Assembly: GCA_027046245.1 (NCBI GenBank)
Contig: JALTZJ010000028.1
Location: forward strand, 1,066 to 65,065
Direction: 5' to 3'
DNA: 64,000 bases
Source: Acidilobaceae archaeon
GTDB taxonomy: Archaea > Thermoproteota > Thermoprotei_A > Sulfolobales > Acidilobaceae
Shown here: piece after piece, positions 57,526 through 64,000 of the stretch
Numbering within the stretch: position 1 is the stretch's first letter
How the letters are laid out: the number at the start of each line of letters is the position of its first letter
Made by a program: the position numbers and the translations under genes
Notes under the pieces: model-generated
The model's database searches: none
What the model saw: only the letters and a program-made list of their open reading frames with translations
What the model was told of the DNA's origin: nothing

Positions 57526-58545
57526 TTGACGACGGTTCTGGGCATCGAGAGTACTGCTCACACCTTTGGGGTGGGCATTGTAAGTGATGAGGAGCCGTTC
57601 ATTCTGGCTGATGTTAGGAGGAAGTATGAGCCTAAGACGGGGGGTATACTGCCTAGGGAGGTTGCGGCTTTCTTCAGCAGCGTTGCTGGGGAGGCCGTGA
57701 GGGAGGCCCTTCGGGAGGCCGGAGTCTCTATGGAGGAGGTCGATGCCGTCGCTGTGGCTCTAGGCCCTGGCATGGGGCCTGCTCTGCGTGTTGGCGCCAC
57801 TGTAGCTAGGGCTATTGCGGCCCACTACGGTAAGCCGCTGGTCCCGGTTAACCATGCTGTAGCTCATATCGAGGTTGCCAGGTTTCTCACGGGCTTGAGG
57901 GATCCCGTAGCGCTCTACGTTGCCGGCGGCAATACTACCGTGGTTAGCTTCGTTGAGGGCCGTTACAGGGTGTTCGGTGAGACGCTTGATATAGCGCTGG
58001 GCAACTTGCTGGACACCTTCGCTAGGGAGGTGGGTATAGCTCCTCCCTACGTGAGGGGCGGGAGGCATGCTGTTGACTGGTGTGCTGAGGGCGGGGACTT
58101 CCTGGATGGCGAGATACCGTATGTCGTCAAGGGTCAGGACGTGAGCTTCAGCGGCATCCTGACTGCGGCTCTCAGGCTAGTCAAGAGGGGGGCACGGCTG
58201 AGTGATGTGTGCTACACGCTCAGGGAGGTGGCCTTCAGCAGCGTGGTGGAAGTCACTGAGAGGTGCCTGGTGCATACAGGGAAGAGGGAGGTTACCCTAA
58301 CCGGGGGTGTCGCAGCTAATGAGCTGCTAAACTATAAGATGAGGGTTATGTCCTCGCTCCACGAGGCCCGCTACGAGCCAGTCCCGGCAAGGTATTCAGG
58401 GGACAACGGTGTCATGATAGCAGTCACAGGCCTTATGGCCTACAAGGCTGGGGTCACGGTGGAGCCTCGGAGGGCCTTCATAAGGCAGAGGTGGAGGATA
58501 GACCAGGTGGACGTGCCATGGTATCCCTCGACCCCGAAAGGCTAG
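57526..58545 (+). CDS. kae1: tRNA N6-adenosine threonylcarbamoyltransferase
   Basis: LGIESTAHTFG, GPGMGP, HAVAHIE, GETLDIA, GDNG; TTG at 57526. Confidence 0.96.
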   Translation: MTTVLGIESTAHTFGVGIVSDEEPFILADVRRKYEPKTGGILPREVAAFFSSVAGEAVREALREAGVSMEEVDAVAVALGPGMGPALRVGATVARAIAAHYGKPLVPVNHAVAHIEVARFLTGLRDPVALYVAGGNTTVVSFVEGRYRVFGETLDIALGNLLDTFAREVGIAPPYVRGGRHAVDWCAEGGDFLDGEIPYVVKGQDVSFSGILTAALRLVKRGARLSDVCYTLREVAFSSVVEVTERCLVHTGKREVTLTGGVAANELLNYKMRVMSSLHEARYEPVPARYSGDNGVMIAVTGLMAYKAGVTVEPRRAFIRQRWRIDQVDVPWYPSTPKG

Positions 58546-59219
58546 TAGAGGATCTAAGTCGGCTCCCCCTCCTGAAGAGGGGGGCTGAGAGTGAGATCAG
58601 GCTAGGCAGCTTCCTAGGGCTGCCGGCAGTGTTCAAGGTTAGGGTTAGGAAGCCCTACATGCATCCAAGGCTGGCTGCGAGGCTCGCCTCTCAGAGGACC
58701 AGGAGGGAGGCCAAGGTCATAGCCGCGGCGCTTGAAGCGGGGGTAAACGCTCCGCTACTCCTGGCGGTGCTACCCAGCGCTGGAGTGCTTGTCATGGAGT
58801 ACGTTGAGGGCCCCCTATTGAAGGAGCTGCTGGCGGGAGCCGCTAGGGGGGAGGCAGTGAAGCTAGCCCGGGAAGCGGGCGTCATACTGGGGCGCCTCCA
58901 CGCTGCGGGCATAGTCCATGGCGACCCCACCACTAGCAACTTCATAGCATCACCGCGGGGCCTAGTACTCATAGACTACGGGCTAGCCGAGTTCAGCGAG
59001 CACGTAGAGGAGAGGGCAGTGGACCTCCACCTATTCAGGAGGGCCGTGGAGGCGACGCACGCCTCCCTAGCAGGGAGCCTCTACGAGGCCCTACTGGAGG
59101 GCTACAGGGAGGTCATGGGAGGCGAGGCCGAGAAGGTGATCAGCAGGGCCGAGGAGATTAAGCTGAGGGGCCGCTACGTCGAGGAGAGGAGGCGCAGCGT
59201 ATGGCAGGCAGTAGGGTAA
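58518..59219 (+). CDS. bud32: KEOPS kinase Bud32
   Basis: GAES, RTRREA, HGDPTTSN, IDYGL, RGRY; ATG at 58518. Confidence 0.94.
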   Translation: MVSLDPERLVEDLSRLPLLKRGAESEIRLGSFLGLPAVFKVRVRKPYMHPRLAARLASQRTRREAKVIAAALEAGVNAPLLLAVLPSAGVLVMEYVEGPLLKELLAGAARGEAVKLAREAGVILGRLHAAGIVHGDPTTSNFIASPRGLVLIDYGLAEFSEHVEERAVDLHLFRRAVEATHASLAGSLYEALLEGYREVMGGEAEKVISRAEEIKLRGRYVEERRRSVWQAVG

Positions 59220-59806
59220 CCCTGTGGCTAGCCACCGGGAATAGGCACAAGCTGGAGGAGGCTAGGGCAGCCCTAGAGCCTCTAGGGGTAGCAGTGGAGC
59301 CGTTGGAAGCCGAGAAGCTTGAGATCCAGAGTGAGAGCCTAGAGGAGATAGCATTATTCGCCGCTAGGATAGCCTACGCCTCCAACCCGAGGCCCGCCGT
59401 CGCAGTAGAGGATGCAGGCCTCTTCGTTAAAGCACTAAACGGCTTCCCGGGTCCATACAGTAGCTACACCTATAAAACCCTGGGGGTGGAGGGCCTCCTC
59501 AAGCTACTAGAGGGGGTAGAGGACAGGAGGGCCTGCTTTAGGAGCGCAGTAGCATTAGTGGGCCCCGGCTACGAGAAGGTATTCACTGGCGAGGCCTGCG
59601 GCTTCATAGCTGAAAGCCCCAAGGGCTCCCAGGGCTTCGGCTTCGACCCAGTATTCATACCGGAGGGAGAGGAGAGGAGCTTTGCTGAGATGAGCCTAGA
59701 AGAGAAGAACAGGTATAGTCATAGAGCCAAGGCCCTCCGAGCCGCGGCGGAGTGGCTAATCGAGCGCGCGGAGGGTTTAAGAGGCGGGGCTGCGAGGCGT
59801 GTGTAG
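59201..59806 (+). CDS. dITP/XTP pyrophosphatase (HAM1/RdgB family)
   Basis: ATGNRHK, EDAGL, GFPGPYS, GFGFDPVF, SHRAKA. Confidence 0.94.
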   Translation: MAGSRVTLWLATGNRHKLEEARAALEPLGVAVEPLEAEKLEIQSESLEEIALFAARIAYASNPRPAVAVEDAGLFVKALNGFPGPYSSYTYKTLGVEGLLKLLEGVEDRRACFRSAVALVGPGYEKVFTGEACGFIAESPKGSQGFGFDPVFIPEGEERSFAEMSLEEKNRYSHRAKALRAAAEWLIERAEGLRGGAARRV

Positions 59807-59821
59807 GAGGGGTACTCGGGC

Positions 59822-60280
59822 TTGAACAAGAAGAGGGAGAAGGGCAGGAGTCACTCAACTAGGCCCGCGAGGCCCACTGTGCCCACCTGGCTAGTATTCA
59901 CTCCGGAAGAGATAGAGATGCTAGTAGTCGAGCTAGCCAGGAAGGGCTACGGGCCTAGCATGATCGGCATAATACTCCGGGACCAGTACGGGGTTCCGCT
60001 GGTCAAGCCGATACTAGGCAAGAAGCTAGTTAGAGTGCTAGAAGAGAACGGCGTCGCACCAGAGATACCGGAGGACCTCATGGTCCTCATAAGAAAAGCA
60101 GTCAACCTAAGGCGCCACCTAGACGAGCACCCGAAGGACCTACACGCCAAGAAGGGATTGATAGACCTCGAGAGCAAGATCAGAAGGCTAGTAAAATACT
60201 ACAAGCGCAAGGGCAAGCTACCGAAAGACTGGGAGTACAGCCCTGAGAGGGCGAAGCTCCTCGTTGCGGGCACAGTATAG
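59822..60280 (+). CDS. rps15: 30S ribosomal protein S15 (uS15)
   Basis: [35 protein letters not shown]. Confidence 0.96.
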   Translation: MNKKREKGRSHSTRPARPTVPTWLVFTPEEIEMLVVELARKGYGPSMIGIILRDQYGVPLVKPILGKKLVRVLEENGVAPEIPEDLMVLIRKAVNLRRHLDEHPKDLHAKKGLIDLESKIRRLVKYYKRKGKLPKDWEYSPERAKLLVAGTV

Positions 60281-60612
60281 AGAGGGGCCTGGAGCCCCCC
60301 TTCCACCCTCCTCTCGGAGGGCTCTCCTCGGTACTCCCTAAATTTAACACGAGCTTTCCATAGACCAGGGGTTCCCTACCCCCGGTTCTCCTCGGGCCGG
60401 TCATACCTTCATCCCTTGGAGTTCATGCGTTCCCGCCTTCCATGCCTGGGTTTATGTTGAAGCGGTTTAGCGATGCATCTACTTGATATATGTAGTGTGT
60501 GGCATCTCTCGGGGGTAGTTGCTGGTGGGTCTCCGGATGCGGAGCGTGTCTTCTCGTTTTATAGGCTCCCGAGGGTGTATCGGTAGCCGATAATGGGTGT
60601 GGGGGTGGCGAA

Positions 60613-63600
60613 TTGATTTACAGGCTTGTAGAGCGGGCTCCCATAGTATTGATACTATTCTGGCTCGTCGCGAGCCTCGTTGCAGCTCCCTTCGCGTTGA
60701 AGCTTGACGAGTACGTGAAGGCGGATACCAAGAGTTTCCTACCTGAGGGTACTGAGAGCGTGAGGGCTGAGGAGGCTATAGCGGAGCTTGGGGTGGGCGG
60801 CCCGGCGGCGGCCACAGCCATCATAGTCGTCGATGGTGTCTCGCCCGACGCGGAGACGTATAGGGGTATGAAGGATTGGTACCCGGGGCTGAGGAGCGAG
60901 TACGGCCTGCTTAGCTGGTACGATGCTGTAGAGGCTGCAGAGGAGAGGCTGTCCCAGGAACTGGCTATCCACGTATTGAGGGCGGCTCAGGCCTATGAGG
61001 CCGCTGACAAACTCTACCAGGGCTATCTGGCCGCTGTTGATGGCTTGGCCCAGGCCTCAGAGGCTCTTCCCAGGCTGGCCTTCCTCCTAGCCAAAGCTGA
61101 CGAGGGCTACGTCGGCCTCCTCGGGGCTCGCCAGGACCTGGAGGCTCTAGCCGCGAGCCTGGAGCCCCTAGGCGAGGGAGCCCTCGGAGTCTATAGTGTT
61201 GTGGAGGCTTATGCAGCGGTCTACCTGGATGTTGTGAGGGCTGAGGCCCTCCTGGAGGGCTACACCAACGCATACGAGATAGGGCTGAACGACGTGGCGG
61301 TAGCCATAGTGGTTAGCAAGAGCAGGGTTGAGGGCCTGAACCCCCTAGAGCCCGAGCTAGTAGCTGCTGTGTATAACTACACGGTCTCGATAGGGGGCCC
61401 CGAGGAGTGGAGCAACGTAGAGGCGGCTAGGCTAGCGGGAGCACTCCTCTCGGAGAAGCTAGAGGGTGAGGCGGCCGCCTGGGTGCGGGTGGTAGAGCAG
61501 GCGTGGATGCAAGCCGTCAAGGAGGCGCCTGACCTGAGAGCCCCGATACTACTCGACGACCGTAACGGCCAGCTCCAGGTGGCTAGAATAGTATTCAACT
61601 CGATACTCCCAGGGGCGTGGAGCAGCGTTGCAGGGGTCTACGCGGAGGAGGTGCTCTCACAGCTACCCCCGGGGCCGGAGAAGAGAGTAGTAGAGGCTTA
61701 TCTAGGAGTAATACTTGAATCTAGCAGGGTAGACGAGGAGGTACTAGCGAGGGCCCTGGAGGCAGCGGTAGCCGCTGCCCTAGAGGCTCGCGGCGTCCCC
61801 GGAGAATATGCAGCCAGGCTCGCGAAGGCATTCGTCGACGGCGACGACGAGGCCTACAGGAGGGCCGCCTTAGAGGCGGCTGCTGTGATAGCTGCAGAGG
61901 CGAGTCAGGGGGCTGTCACCAGCGATGAGGTTGCAGCCGTACTAGTAAAATACGATTCCCAGGGCCAGGGAGTTCTAGTGGCTGACAGGCAGCTACAGCT
62001 CAGGGCCGCAGCCGAGCTGCTATCAGGCAAGACCGGGCTACCGGCCGAGATTATACTAGAGGCATATAGAGCCGGGCCTGAGAGGGCTGCAGTAAGGCTG
62101 GTGCTAGAGAAGGCATCCCAGGAGGGAGAGGAGGCTGCTCGGCTAGCTGAGGCCATCTTCTCCGAGGGGCCGCCGGGGAGCAGGGAGGAGGCCCTCGCCA
62201 GGGCTAAGGCGCTAGTAGCCTCGGCGATAATAGAGGCTGGAGCGCCTGAGGGCCTAGCTGATGCAATAGCAGAGGCGGGCCTGCAGTACTATCTAGGTGC
62301 GAGCCTTGAGGAGGCCTCTAGGCTAGCGGTGGAGGCGGGCCTCCCAGCTGTTGTGGAGAAGGTGGTGGAGGAGCTTAAGGGCGTCCTAGTGGCTAGGGAC
62401 GCTAGCGGCTTCATAATAATAGTTACCGGGGACGCTAGCTACGATGAGGTTAAGGATCTCGAGGCCCTGGTAGAGGAGAAGCTGGGAGGCGACGCCAAGA
62501 GCACTGGAGGCGAGGTCATACAGGTCGAGGTTAGAGAGGCCGCTCTCAGGGACGTGGAGAGGAGTGACAGGGTCAGCATAGTGCTGGTGCTAGTCATACT
62601 GGCTGCACTCCTGGGCAGCGTGCTAGGCGTACTACTACCCTTCATAGGCATAGGCGCTGGCATAGTGGTGGCGAGCGCCGTAGCCTGGCTCCTAGCAGGC
62701 CAAGGCCTCATAGACGTGACGAGCATGGGCAGGGCCCTCATGTTCACCACGGGCCTCGGACTGGGCATCGACTACTCAGCATACATAGCTAGGAGATTCA
62801 GGGAGTTCAGCCGCGGAGCCCTAAGCCCAGGCGAGGCGGCAGCCAAGGCTTTGAAGGTCAGCTGGAGGCCGGTGATGGCCGGGGCCCTAGCCGCTGCAGC
62901 GGGCTTCGGCAGCCTAATACTAGCCTACGACTTCCCCTTCGTTGCTAGCATAGGCTACACAGTGCCACTAAGCATACTAGCGGTTATGCTAGCCAGCCTA
63001 ACCCTGACCCCGGCACTATTAGCGGTGACGGGCTTCAGCGGAGCCCTCTGGTGGCCCACATGCCCCTACAAGCCCCACGAGCTAGGGGCGGGCGTAGCTG
63101 GATCGCTCGCCAGCGCGGCCGCCAGGCTAGCGCCGATAATAGTGGTGCTCGTAGCAGGTGCAGCCCTGCTTGCAGGCCTCTACGCAGCCGGCTATGAGGG
63201 AAGCTACGATGTCAGGATAAGCCTGCCGAGCGACGCTCCAGCACTCCAGGCCCTCAACACTATAATAGAGAAGTATGATGCCGGCAAGCTATTCCCCCTC
63301 TACGTAGTCGCATCAACCCCCGAGAAGGCGGAGGGCATAGCTGAGAAGCTAGCCGGCCTGGAATGCGTGGCCTCCACGAGGATCGAGGCCGGCCGCGTAG
63401 TCATAGTGGAGCTTGACGTCTATCCGCTCGACAAGGAGGGGCTGGAGTGTGCCGGGAAGGTGAGGGAGGAGGCCAAGGCTATCGACCCAGAGGCGCTCGT
63501 GGGGGGACAGGCAGCGGTTAACCTAGACCTCAGGAATGCAATGTTCGAGGCGTTCTACAACAGGGTGCTCCCAGCGGCCGCCATACTAATATTCCTGGTA

Positions 63601-64000
63601 GTACTGTTCTTCTACGCCAGCCTCCCCGCGGCACTGGCAGCGGTGGCAACTATAGGCGTGGCCGCCCTCTGGAGCATAGCACTAGTGGCCTACCTAGCGG
63701 AGCCCCTCGGCTACAAGGCGCCCTGGTACCTGCCAATAGTCGTGATAGCAGCCCTACTAGGCGTGGGCATGGACTATAACAGCTTCTTCCTCAACAGCGC
63801 CAGGGAGGCCTTCCACTCGGGCTCCAGGGACTGGGTGGTCAAGGCGGCGAGGCACGGCTCGGCCCTAGTAGTAGGGCTGGCCCTCATAATGGCGGGAGCC
63901 TACGCAGGCCTAACGCTGAGCACCAGCGAGGCCCTCAGGGTCATGGGGGCTGCGCTAGCCCTCGGAGTACTCCTAGCCGGGGTGAACAGCGCCCTCCTGC
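60613..64000 (+). CDS. MMPL/RND family transporter (3' truncated by the window; absent from the ORF track)
   Basis: open frame from TTG at 60613: N-terminal TM, SFLP, long helical loop, GLGIDY..RRFRE and GVGMDY motifs. Confidence 0.88.
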   Translation, partial: MIYRLVERAPIVLILFWLVASLVAAPFALKLDEYVKADTKSFLPEGTESVRAEEAIAELGVGGPAAATAIIVVDGVSPDAETYRGMKDWYPGLRSEYGLLSWYDAVEAAEERLSQELAIHVLRAAQAYEAADKLYQGYLAAVDGLAQASEALPRLAFLLAKADEGYVGLLGARQDLEALAASLEPLGEGALGVYSVVEAYAAVYLDVVRAEALLEGYTNAYEIGLNDVAVAIVVSKSRVEGLNPLEPELVAAVYNYTVSIGGPEEWSNVEAARLAGALLSEKLEGEAAAWVRVVEQAWMQAVKEAPDLRAPILLDDRNGQLQVARIVFNSILPGAWSSVAGVYAEEVLSQLPPGPEKRVVEAYLGVILESSRVDEEVLARALEAAVAAALEARGVPGEYAARLAKAFVDGDDEAYRRAALEAAAVIAAEASQGAVTSDEVAAVLVKYDSQGQGVLVADRQLQLRAAAELLSGKTGLPAEIILEAYRAGPERAAVRLVLEKASQEGEEAARLAEAIFSEGPPGSREEALARAKALVASAIIEAGAPEGLADAIAEAGLQYYLGASLEEASRLAVEAGLPAVVEKVVEELKGVLVARDASGFIIIVTGDASYDEVKDLEALVEEKLGGDAKSTGGEVIQVEVREAALRDVERSDRVSIVLVLVILAALLGSVLGVLLPFIGIGAGIVVASAVAWLLAGQGLIDVTSMGRALMFTTGLGLGIDYSAYIARRFREFSRGALSPGEAAAKALKVSWRPVMAGALAAAAGFGSLILAYDFPFVASIGYTVPLSILAVMLASLTLTPALLAVTGFSGALWWPTCPYKPHELGAGVAGSLASAAARLAPIIVVLVAGAALLAGLYAAGYEGSYDVRISLPSDAPALQALNTIIEKYDAGKLFPLYVVASTPEKAEGIAEKLAGLECVASTRIEAGRVVIVELDVYPLDKEGLECAGKVREEAKAIDPEALVGGQAAVNLDLRNAMFEAFYNRVLPAAAILIFLVVLFFYASLPAALAAVATIGVAALWSIALVAYLAEPLGYKAPWYLPIVVIAALLGVGMDYNSFFLNSAREAFHSGSRDWVVKAARHGSALVVGLALIMAGAYAGLTLSTSEALRVMGAALALGVLLAGVNSALL

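Noticed and set aside
1521-62768. Numerous overlapping or antisense ORFs (e.g. 14614..15327, 17130..17726, 24300..25031, 51607..52239 and the minus ORFs over the MMPL gene)
   Set aside because: Shadow frames of well-supported genes, expected at high GC
1-64000. CRISPR array, cas operon, integrase or transposase
   Set aside because: No regularly spaced direct repeats or recognisable motifs found by eye despite the CARF gene

Overview
GC-rich hyperthermophilic archaeal chromosome segment, most like Aeropyrum and related Desulfurococcales (Thermoproteota). This is inferred from the eukaryote-type ribosomal proteins, Rpo7/Spt4, Kae1/Bud32, GTP cyclohydrolase III, the LysW lysine pathway and a Tat-exported nitrate reductase. 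Core content: tRNA-Ile(GAT), a siroheme/alternative-heme cluster, hisG, a branched-chain amino acid ABC transporter, pdxST, divergent lysYZM and lysWXJK operons with a central LysM-type operator, rnz/trm11/prs, narGH-cytochrome b-narJ, a FeoB-like locus, a frameshifted lutB, a translation/transcription cluster, and an MMPL transporter running off the right end. The strongest accessory candidate is a small island at about 45.6-48.7 kb. It holds a repeated toxin-first module: a PIN-fold gene with Asn at the first catalytic Asp position, followed by a roughly 60-aa helical partner present in three paralogous copies, among decayed TA remnants. Other items worth checking are a stand-alone Cys-rich APE2256/Crn1-type CARF protein, a MoxR-AAA/small ORF/vWA triad, a FeoB lacking GTPase motifs, an HDAC-fold protein lacking catalytic residues and a Cwh43-like membrane EEP protein. 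No CRISPR array, rRNA, integrase or transposase was recognised. All assignments are by motif recognition only; no database searches were run.
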